NCBI GenBank assembly: GCA_002315285.1
Contig: DCGR01000097.1
Location: 2,447-66,446 of the forward strand
Origin: Bacteroides sp. UBA1773
Lineage (GTDB): Bacteria; Bacteroidota; Bacteroidia; Bacteroidales; Bacteroidaceae
Direction: 5' to 3'
Length of the DNA: 64,000 nucleotides
Positions 8,468-16,135 of the stretch are shown one piece after another. The notes below the pieces were generated by a model. It ran no database searches and had not been told where the DNA came from. It saw only the letters and a program-made list of their open reading frames with translations. The translations under genes and the position numbers were made by a program. Numbering within the stretch: the first letter of the stretch is position 1; each line of letters opens with the position of its first letter.

Positions 8468-9649
8468 TTACATGCCACTACGTCGGATACGCAGTTCTAT
8501 CGCCTCGGAATGGTTGTCACTAAATACTGTAGCATCATTCACCACACAAGCCAAATATCCACCAGCACCGGCACCCGACAATTTCCATGCCAACACATCG
8601 GGATCAACTGCCCAACGGTCGATATGGCTCTGAACCGTACCTTGTATCATAGCTGGAAACATTGCCACCTGAGCCTCGAACGAAGCTTGGAGATATTTGG
8701 CAAATCCATCGAGGCAAAGGCTCATGATGGATTGCCAACACTTGTCTGCCGCAACAGCAAGGGCTTGTACCTTGGCACGGGTAATGTCCTTCCCTTCCAC
8801 AATACTACAACCAATCGGACGGGCATCAATAGGAATAAGTGCCAGATGACTTTCGAGCCACCGAAGAACGGACTCGTCCTCACTACTCTCTATACGTTCG
8901 GGCCAGAAGTGATTGTCGTAATAATGGCGACAAAGACCTGGCACACAGATGCCGATGGCATCCTGCGCACCACTGATAATGCCATCCTCACGCTCAGGAT
9001 TATTCTCGAAACAGAACACCAAGCGGGCGAGAGTCTCGGGATTCATATTGGGAAGCTGATAAGGCCAAATACGTTTGATGTGGTTGCGTGTGGAAGTCGA
9101 TAATCCACAACGCTCGCGTATCTCGAACGATGGCTCAAGGGAAATGGTAATGGCCCAGCCAGGAGCATGACAGCTTACGTAAGGCTGGTCAATCCACGTG
9201 CCGGCAAGGTCGAGACGCGTAGGTATCTGGCAAGGGCTCTTCTTCAGGTCGGTAGAAGAACGAGCCTCCAATCCTTGCTGCGGGACACGCTCAAGGACAA
9301 CATACTCCATGCCACGCTCCTCACAAACCTTGCGTTTGGCATCACTTCCTCCATCGGAATTGACCACCAGAATGTCCGGACGGACAATGTCGAGTGTCGG
9401 CAAGAAATCAAGAATACCATCGCCTTGATTGATAAACGCCTCCTTGACATAACGAATGCTGCGTACCATGAACAGACGTTCCTGCTCGGAATATACGGTC
9501 TTATGATTCTTATAATGAAGAATGGTGCAATCGGAACCTATGCCTACATACAAATCGCCATACTGTGCAGCCTGACGGAAAAACTCCACATGACCAGAAT
9601 GAAGCAAGTCGTAACAACCCGACACAAATACTTTCTTTCGCTTTTCCAT
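8468..9649 (-). CDS. Fusion protein: cytidylyltransferase-fold nucleotidyltransferase (N-terminal) + fucokinase/HddA-like GHMP kinase (C-terminal)
   Basis: N-terminal motifs: VFVSGCYDLLHSGHVEFF (HxGH), SIRYVKEA, ERVPQQGLEARSSTD (RTxGISTT-like). C-terminal motifs: PTRLDLAGTWIDQP, SGAQDAIG, KLSGAGAGGYL. GHMP motif II is degenerate (ERCGLSTSTR). Confidence 0.7.
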   Translation of the reverse strand: MEKRKKVFVSGCYDLLHSGHVEFFRQAAQYGDLYVGIGSDCTILHYKNHKTVYSEQERLFMVRSIRYVKEAFINQGDGILDFLPTLDIVRPDILVVNSDGGSDAKRKVCEERGMEYVVLERVPQQGLEARSSTDLKKSPCQIPTRLDLAGTWIDQPYVSCHAPGWAITISLEPSFEIRERCGLSTSTRNHIKRIWPYQLPNMNPETLARLVFCFENNPEREDGIISGAQDAIGICVPGLCRHYYDNHFWPERIESSEDESVLRWLESHLALIPIDARPIGCSIVEGKDITRAKVQALAVAADKCWQSIMSLCLDGFAKYLQASFEAQVAMFPAMIQGTVQSHIDRWAVDPDVLAWKLSGAGAGGYLACVVNDATVFSDNHSEAIELRIRRSGM

Positions 9650-9666
9650 AATTTCTGTTTTTCATC

Positions 9667-11745
9667 TTATCGCCACTCCAGACGCAGGTTGTGAAGTTCG
9701 CTGTCGGCATGACGTGAACTACAATCAGTACGAGTCAGACTTATCCGATGCGATTTGCCTGCATGAAAGTCATCCTTGCCGAGAGTGAGCCTATATACGG
9801 TTTGGTCAGCAGCAACCCGAATCATCGATTCAAGCACGCGCTCGTTGCGGTTGTAGGAGCGCAATACGATTTGGTTCTCACCTTTCTTCAGAGTCACCAA
9901 TACCTTTTCTTCGCGATAAGAGCAACGGAAAGGATTGAGGTGTTTCATGACAGAAAGCCCATTCACAAACAAATCGACACCGTTTCCGGCTCCCACCTCC
10001 AACACGATGTCTTGCGTGCATGGTGAAGTGATGGTCTCCATCATGTACATGGTATCGAAAGGACGTCCCTCGATAGTGACACGCGACTGTGATGTCTCTG
10101 TCCACGGAATGACAACCTGTCCGTCTGGCATCTTCCCGGAAGAAAATGCTACTTCCTTCTCCATGGCGAAACCATGCCGAACCACACGACACCAACGACG
10201 TGCCGACTCCACGACGGGTGTGTAGCGTAGTTGCTGCGCATTGGTTTGTCCCAAGGTGCAACACCGTTCGTTGCCATCGACTACCACCGAAACAGCCTTT
10301 CCGGCATCACTGGCCGTAAACACAAAACCTGCCTGCTTGCCTTTGTGCTTGGTATCAATATTCCAACAATAACCCACTTCGCTACGTTCGTTGGAATAGT
10401 AGTCCTGACAATTATAACTGCTGACGGCTATACGGGTATTCATCAGCGTAGCATCTTCCGGCTGGATTGCACTGCCAAATTCAAGCCGCACGACTTGGAT
10501 ATCCCCCTCATACGCTTCAGGCAATAGTCTCACCACCAACTTGCCCCTCTGCTGCACTACTGTGGCTGGTCCAGACACTCCGACAAGCCTATCGGCCACC
10601 GAAGGTAAAGTAATCTCACCGGATTCAGGACGTACACCCGAGAGGATGAGATTCATCTTGTTGTCGTTGCGAGTAATTCCTCCCCAACTGAAGGGTTGCT
10701 GATAAGGACTCCCTTCGCAAGCGTATATCACATCGCCATTCAACCGAAGCCACGCACCTATCTCCTTGAGCACCTCTGCCTCCCAAGGAACCACCTCGCC
10801 CAAACCCGTAGGACCGATGTTGAGCAGATAATTGCCACCACCAGCCACTACACGTATCAGGCAGCAAAGCTTTTCGTGTGCTTTCGCATGTGCATCGCCA
10901 CGTTCCTGCCAACTGCGATACCCCCATGTGGCATCGAACATGGAAGCAGGACACTGCCAGGCCGTTTGAAGAGATGCCTCAGGATAAAAGTTATCGCCCA
11001 TGACAGCAAAGTCGTACTGCCCGTTGCCCAAGCGACCACTTACCATACACTCGGGTTGATGCTGATGTACCAGATCGTAAAGTTGCTTGCTTTGCTGTGG
11101 CGTCAGACTTCCCATGTCGAACCACAGTTCACTGATGTTCCCATAGTTGGTGACCAATTCACGAACCTGATTCAGATTCAACTGATGATGCACATCCGGA
11201 ATGACATTGGCATTATGACTGGTAATGCTTGACGCTCCAGGATGATGCCAGTCGATAAGAGAATAATACAAGCCAAAACTGATACCTCCACGATGGCACG
11301 CATCGGAGAGTTCGGCAATGAAATCACGGTGGCATCCCGCACTGTCGTAAGAGTTGAAAGTGGTAGTGGCTGTACGGAAAAGACAGAACCCATCGTGATG
11401 TTTTGAAGTGATCACAATGGAACGCATCCCCGCCTGCTTGGCCAATGCCACAATGGCATCGGCATCAAACCGTTCAGGATTGAACTGGTCGGCAAGTCGT
11501 TCATACACATCACCATAAATGCCAGCATGTGCCTGAATCTGTTCGCTATACCCCCGACTGATCTGCCGTCCATCCCATACTCCACCAAGCATGGAATACA
11601 AGCCGAAATGAATGAACATGGAATACTTGTTGTCATGCCAACTTTGGGCAGTGACCTGTTCAGACCGTACACCTGCCAACAAAACAGGACAACAAACCTG
11701 CGACACGCAAAGCAGGACAAACAATCTGATTATGGCTTTCTTCAT
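9667..11745 (-). CDS. Secreted alpha-L-fucosidase (GH29) with C-terminal beta-sandwich domains
   Basis: Signal peptide MKKAIIRLFVLLCVSQVCC. GH29 core: YSMFIHFGLYS...AKQAGMRSIVITSKHHDGFCLF...GLYYSLIDWHHP. The track start at 11748 is GTG; the ATG is at 11743-11745. Confidence 0.85.
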   Translation of the reverse strand: MKKAIIRLFVLLCVSQVCCPVLLAGVRSEQVTAQSWHDNKYSMFIHFGLYSMLGGVWDGRQISRGYSEQIQAHAGIYGDVYERLADQFNPERFDADAIVALAKQAGMRSIVITSKHHDGFCLFRTATTTFNSYDSAGCHRDFIAELSDACHRGGISFGLYYSLIDWHHPGASSITSHNANVIPDVHHQLNLNQVRELVTNYGNISELWFDMGSLTPQQSKQLYDLVHQHQPECMVSGRLGNGQYDFAVMGDNFYPEASLQTAWQCPASMFDATWGYRSWQERGDAHAKAHEKLCCLIRVVAGGGNYLLNIGPTGLGEVVPWEAEVLKEIGAWLRLNGDVIYACEGSPYQQPFSWGGITRNDNKMNLILSGVRPESGEITLPSVADRLVGVSGPATVVQQRGKLVVRLLPEAYEGDIQVVRLEFGSAIQPEDATLMNTRIAVSSYNCQDYYSNERSEVGYCWNIDTKHKGKQAGFVFTASDAGKAVSVVVDGNERCCTLGQTNAQQLRYTPVVESARRWCRVVRHGFAMEKEVAFSSGKMPDGQVVIPWTETSQSRVTIEGRPFDTMYMMETITSPCTQDIVLEVGAGNGVDLFVNGLSVMKHLNPFRCSYREEKVLVTLKKGENQIVLRSYNRNERVLESMIRVAADQTVYRLTLGKDDFHAGKSHRISLTRTDCSSRHADSELHNLRLEWR

Positions 11746-11775
11746 CACACTCGATTTTAAGCATTACTAAAGTTA

Positions 11776-12531
11776 TCAGTCGATATGCTTCAATATGTCG
11801 TCTATCCAATTACCACGTGCGAGAATAGTTCCGTCAGGATCAATGAGCACAAAGGCAGGGATGGCACGAACCCCATATTGCACAGTCGGAGAACCTTGAC
11901 GACCTCCCGTAAAGATTACCGGCCAAGTAATACCCAAATCCGACATGGCCTTGCGGGTGTCATCGACCGAATTTTCCCAAACTGCAACACCCACAATATC
12001 CACCTTTCCAGACTGATTCAATCCCAGTAAATGATTGCGTATGGCTTCTCGACAAGGACCACACCACGAAGCCCAGAAATCAACCAACGAGGGCTTGTCG
12101 CCTCCGACAAATGAACTCAGCCTCCGCATCTCACCCGTAAGCGGGTCGGTGCCCTCGATTTCCATATAAGTCTTGCCTGGCGCAGCAAGCGACTCATTTT
12201 TCACCGACTCGATTTTCACTTTTACCGTCTCATTATTGCGTATCATTTCAGAAGCCTTAGCATAAAGGACCAACGCCTCTTGAGAATCACAATAGCCAGA
12301 AATGAGCTGCACAAACAAGTCAAGTCCGACACTATCTTCCTTATGCGATGCATAGGCATCTAACAATAAAGCATGAAGCCTATCCATTTGCTCCTCGCGC
12401 GTGAGTGTAGAATCGGCAACAATCTCATCATACGCACAATTTATTTCTTCCAGACTCGACTGTGAATGGTTGCTTTTACAACTACTCACAAGGACAACCA
12501 ATACGACTATTACACAAACACATTTTTTCAT
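11776..12531 (-). CDS. TlpA-like thiol-disulfide oxidoreductase lipoprotein (thioredoxin fold)
   Basis: Lipoprotein signal MKKCVCVIVVLVVLVSSC. Active site FWASWCGPC. Confidence 0.8.
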   Translation of the reverse strand: MKKCVCVIVVLVVLVSSCKSNHSQSSLEEINCAYDEIVADSTLTREEQMDRLHALLLDAYASHKEDSVGLDLFVQLISGYCDSQEALVLYAKASEMIRNNETVKVKIESVKNESLAAPGKTYMEIEGTDPLTGEMRRLSSFVGGDKPSLVDFWASWCGPCREAIRNHLLGLNQSGKVDIVGVAVWENSVDDTRKAMSDLGITWPVIFTGGRQGSPTVQYGVRAIPAFVLIDPDGTILARGNWIDDILKHID

Positions 12532-12904
12532 ACTCTATCTCGTCTTGCACTGACTTTGAAGTGGCAAGTTGCCGTTCAATGATTTCAAAAACATTCTCTC
12601 ATGAAATATAAAAGCTTTGCTTTTGCTTGTCACACACCAAAAGATTTGCTGACAAACAAGACAAACAAACGCTGAAAGACATTGAGCACCAATCCTAACG
12701 CAATCTATTTCGATGCAAATATATATACAATCCAATAAATTTACAATTTTTTTCATCAAATTCGGCGCAATCAACTCAAAAATAACTTTTACAATCACTC
12801 ATGTCAATGTCTTTATGTCGCTCTCAACTCTTGTTACAAGCATGTTACATATACCATTCAATGCAAAGCCAACAATTACCTATTGTAGCTACGTGTCGGT
12901 TATG

Positions 12905-12990
12905 CAGCATAAAAGAAAATTTACTGGTCTCTCGTGAAAAATTAGAGTACAGTAAAATAATTTTCTGTACAGTAATTTTCACCGAGAGCC
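12905..12990 (-). terminator. Long imperfect hairpin followed by a T-rich tract; likely terminator of the korAB/kinase/nucleotidyltransferase transcript
   Basis: Outer arms are GGTCTCTCGTGAAAAATTA (12926-12944) and TAATTTTCACCGAGAGCC (12973-12990). The inner perfect stem is GTACAG/CTGTAC (12947-12952 / 12965-12970). On the minus strand the hairpin is followed by ATTTTCTTTTAT. Confidence 0.45.
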
Positions 12991-13071
12991 CAGTAATTTT
13001 CCAATCGTTCACACAACAACACGAAGCAAAAAATATGTGAACATGCACATAGTTCATACCTCGTACTGGCA

Positions 13072-13812
13072 TCAACCCACGACAATGCCCCTATACGTCT
13101 GCTGTACGAGCTGATAACTTGCCAAATTGCCGATATCGTACCGACAACCTGGCATTTGCATTGCATGGACCGTAGTCTGGGTACAAAGCCAAGCGATGTA
13201 GCTTCCAGGAGCATCAGTTCCGCAGCCGCTCTCGATGCCTTTCCTTACAAGACGAGCATCCTGACGCGTGTAATAGTAAAAAGGCGGACAGCACCAATGG
13301 CTGGCTGGAGCAGGAGACTTCTCCGTAAGCAACAACACACGGTCGGTGTCATCGACCGTAGCCACTCCTGACCTGAGGAGACGCTTCTCGTCGGACTCAT
13401 AATAGCGCATGATGGCTGAAGTGCCTTTTTGCTGGGCGTAAGCAATAAACTTGGTCAGGCTAAAATCAAGCACATTATCGCCTGCTATTACCAGCATGTC
13501 ATCGTAGAGATGCAAGCTTTCGATGGCATACAGAATGTCCTTTACGGCTCCCAAGCGGGTTTCATTAGTGGAAGTGCCATCATCGACTACCGTGATATGT
13601 TGTGTCTTTCTTAATGCCCATTCCGTAAAGTGATGGGCAAAGCGATGATTCGAAATAACTACATACTGATCGATGACGCCGGCCGTGTCAATGTCATCGA
13701 CCAACCAATCGAGTATGGTCTTGTCGCTTACCTTCAACAAAGGTTTGGGAAAATTTTCGGTTAAGGGATACAAACGGGTGGCATAACCAGCTGCCAATAT
13801 GATGCACTTCAT
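13072..13812 (-). CDS. Sugar-1-phosphate nucleotidyltransferase (NTP_transferase fold)
   Basis: N-terminal MKCIILAAGYATRLYPLTENFPKPLLKV (GxGTRL-type motif). 246 aa. Confidence 0.75.
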   Translation of the reverse strand: MKCIILAAGYATRLYPLTENFPKPLLKVSDKTILDWLVDDIDTAGVIDQYVVISNHRFAHHFTEWALRKTQHITVVDDGTSTNETRLGAVKDILYAIESLHLYDDMLVIAGDNVLDFSLTKFIAYAQQKGTSAIMRYYESDEKRLLRSGVATVDDTDRVLLLTEKSPAPASHWCCPPFYYYTRQDARLVRKGIESGCGTDAPGSYIAWLCTQTTVHAMQMPGCRYDIGNLASYQLVQQTYRGIVVG

Positions 13813-13847
13813 TACTTCATGTATAAAAAACAGTTCAACTGAAACGA

Positions 13848-15026
13848 TTACAAACGAAACTGTACGCCATCGGCACTGTGACAGATTATTGTCTGGTACT
13901 TATCAGACAAAGCAGGAAACTCCTTGAGATATGCTTCCGCAACCTTGGCAACAATCTCCTCACGATAATCAGGATTGATAAGTGAAACACAACAACCTTT
14001 GAAACCAGCACCGGAAAACCTGCCTCCATAAATTCCTTTTGTGCGTGTCAGAATGTCGTAGAGAGCCTTCAGTTCCGGACATCCGGTCTCCCAGTTGACA
14101 ATAGACGATTCACCGCTCAAGAACGAAAGTTGCCCATAGGTCTCGATGTCGCCTTGACGCCATGCTTCTGCAGCACGCTCAACCCGCTCTTGTTCAGTGT
14201 ACCAATGTTCCGCCCGCTTACGCCACGGTTCGGGCAATCGCGATTTATACGCCTCGAAGACATCGCGTGGCACATCGCGCAGATTCGTTTCATTGTACTT
14301 CCCATATTCAATACCCGCATAAGCCTTGAGGGCATAGGCAGCGCTACGGGCCTCATCGACACGCATATTGAGTTTAGAACCAGTAAGATTACGTTCCATA
14401 CCACTGAAAAAGATAACGATTTCGTAGGGTTTCATGTGATTACCTGTAGGAATCAACTCATAAGCATCATTCTGGGTATCTACAAAAAGCAAGTGATCTT
14501 TCTTCGCGAAAACTTCGCACGACTGATCGGAAACACCCACATTGACGCCTACATAACAACGCTCGGCAAACAATGCCATATGGATGAGTTCGGTAGATGA
14601 CAATTGTACATCGTTGACCTGAGCAAGCGCCTGCAAAAAGGAAATGGTCACCGCTGCCGATGAAGAAAGTCCGCCGATGGGCAGACTACCCTCAATCACC
14701 CCACAAAGTCCCATGTGCAACACATAGCGTTGACTCAAGGCTAATGTCGCTCCGCGCAAATAATCGGCCCAATCATCGACCTTACTCTCAGGGGTTTCCC
14801 TGATGTGCCACTGAGCTCGTTTTCCAAACTGTAGAGAGGTCAACTCAACAACACCATTCCGTTTAGGACTGTAGGCCAAATGGATGCCACGATCAAGTGC
14901 CAGACCTGTAGTCTTGCCCAATCCGTAGTCCGAATGTGCCCCTACAGGCATCACCCGTTGCGGACAAAAAGCCAACGAACCGGCCTCACGCCCATATATT
15001 TCGAGAAAGCGTTGCTGACAAAGCAT
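13848..15026 (-). CDS. Galactokinase-family GHMP sugar-1-kinase, specificity unknown
   Basis: PVGAHSDYG (GEHxDY-like), LPIGGLSSSAAV (motif II), GGRFSGAGFKGCC (motif III). Confidence 0.75.
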   Translation of the reverse strand: MLCQQRFLEIYGREAGSLAFCPQRVMPVGAHSDYGLGKTTGLALDRGIHLAYSPKRNGVVELTSLQFGKRAQWHIRETPESKVDDWADYLRGATLALSQRYVLHMGLCGVIEGSLPIGGLSSSAAVTISFLQALAQVNDVQLSSTELIHMALFAERCYVGVNVGVSDQSCEVFAKKDHLLFVDTQNDAYELIPTGNHMKPYEIVIFFSGMERNLTGSKLNMRVDEARSAAYALKAYAGIEYGKYNETNLRDVPRDVFEAYKSRLPEPWRKRAEHWYTEQERVERAAEAWRQGDIETYGQLSFLSGESSIVNWETGCPELKALYDILTRTKGIYGGRFSGAGFKGCCVSLINPDYREEIVAKVAEAYLKEFPALSDKYQTIICHSADGVQFRL

Positions 15027-15057
15027 GGTTATTCAATCTTTACATTCACCTTCAAGA

Positions 15058-15070
15058 ATCAACAGTTGAT
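15058..15070. promoter_or_regulatory. Perfect 6-1-6 palindrome ATCAAC-A-GTTGAT; candidate operator upstream of the kinase gene
   Basis: Lies 32 nt upstream of the ATG at 15026. A third half-site, GTTGAC, is at 15083-15088. A TGATGGAT/ATCCATCA hairpin (15067-15097) overlaps the korB stop. Confidence 0.25.
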
Positions 15071-15094
15071 GGATGTCTAAAAGTTGACAATCCA

Positions 15095-16099
15095 TCATTT
15101 CACTTCCCAAATGTCATTCGTGAGCAGTAACTCCCGGAAATTATGGTATTTCTTCTTACTGCTAACCTCCTCTATCTGTTCGTGCACTGCATCATTGTAA
15201 GTCATATCGTCCACATCACGGATAACGCCCAAAGCGACAGGGAAGTCTGGCCCTTCCATCAATGCCAGCTTCAACTGCAAGGTGTTGTCCTGACAGTGAG
15301 CATCATGTACCAGGATATCCTTCTCCGTAACACCGTTCTCGCCCAATCGCACAACCTTCAAGCCAAACCCATCCTGCATCAATCCAAATTCATGATTTTC
15401 ACCAAACAACATGGGTTTACCATGTTCGAGCACGATGGCATTCTTGGATCGCCCTTCCTTGGTATAGACCGATTCGTGGGTACCATCATTGAAAATGACA
15501 CAATTCTGAAGGATTTCACACACCGCTGCACCCTTATGCGCAGCCGCAGCCTTCAGTATCTCCACTGTGCCTACCGCATCAGTGGCTACCGCACGAGCAA
15601 AGAAACGTCCACGAGCGCCAAAACACAATTCCGCAGGACGAAAAGGGTCCTCCACTGTGCCGTATGGACTCGACTTACTGACAAAGCCACGAGGAGAGGT
15701 GGGTGAATACTGACCTTTGGTCAAACCATAGATACGGTTGTTCAGAAGAATCATGTTGATATCGACATTGCGACGGATAGCATGAATGAAGTGGTTGCCT
15801 CCAATGGCCAATCCATCGCCATCGCCACTGACCTGCCATACCGTAATGTCAGGATTGGCCACCTTGAACCCCGTTGAGATAGCAGCTGCACGACCATGAA
15901 TGGTTTGCATGGCGTAGGTATTCATATAATAAGGCAAACGACTGGAACATCCGATTCCGGAAATGACGGCAGTTTCGTGAGGAGCCACACCAATTTCCGC
16001 CATCGCCTTGTGGAGCGAAGCCAAGAAGAAATGGTCACCACAACCCGGACACCAACGAGGTTGCCCCTTCTTAAAATCTTTTGCTGTATAATTCGACAT
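15095..16099 (-). CDS. korB: 2-oxoglutarate/2-oxoacid:ferredoxin oxidoreductase, beta (TPP-binding) subunit
   Basis: WCPGCGDH N-terminal motif and GDGDGLAIGGNHF TPP motif. 334 aa. Confidence 0.85.
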   Translation of the reverse strand: MSNYTAKDFKKGQPRWCPGCGDHFFLASLHKAMAEIGVAPHETAVISGIGCSSRLPYYMNTYAMQTIHGRAAAISTGFKVANPDITVWQVSGDGDGLAIGGNHFIHAIRRNVDINMILLNNRIYGLTKGQYSPTSPRGFVSKSSPYGTVEDPFRPAELCFGARGRFFARAVATDAVGTVEILKAAAAHKGAAVCEILQNCVIFNDGTHESVYTKEGRSKNAIVLEHGKPMLFGENHEFGLMQDGFGLKVVRLGENGVTEKDILVHDAHCQDNTLQLKLALMEGPDFPVALGVIRDVDDMTYNDAVHEQIEEVSSKKKYHNFRELLLTNDIWEVK

Positions 16100-16135
16100 C
16101 GTAGAGTTATTTACTATTTGACTATTTACTGTTTA

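Noticed and set aside
8510-9103. Long antisense ORFs opposite well-supported genes: 8510-9103, 9167-9694, 10696-11232, 15143-15706, 17114-17677, 18563-19177, 21396-22013, 39044-39748, 44268-44798, 58031-58642, 59293-59916, 60406-60906.
   Set aside because: Each lies entirely inside a gene with clear family motifs on the other strand. Their translations are low-complexity with no recognisable motifs, and they lack promoter boxes. These are typical shadow ORFs.
12713-13040. Small ORFs (74-90 aa, both strands) in the AT-rich gap.
   Set aside because: Their peptides are hydrophobic and low-complexity, typical of AT-rich non-coding DNA. No -7 box sits at a sensible distance, and several overlap the long hairpin.
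12532-13071. The idea that the gap is a Bacteroides-style invertible promoter (fin-like switch) for a glycan locus.
   Set aside because: I found no pair of 15-25-bp inverted repeats flanking a ~150-250-bp segment. No tyrosine or serine recombinase gene is nearby. The only strong inverted repeat is a compact hairpin that reads better as a terminator.
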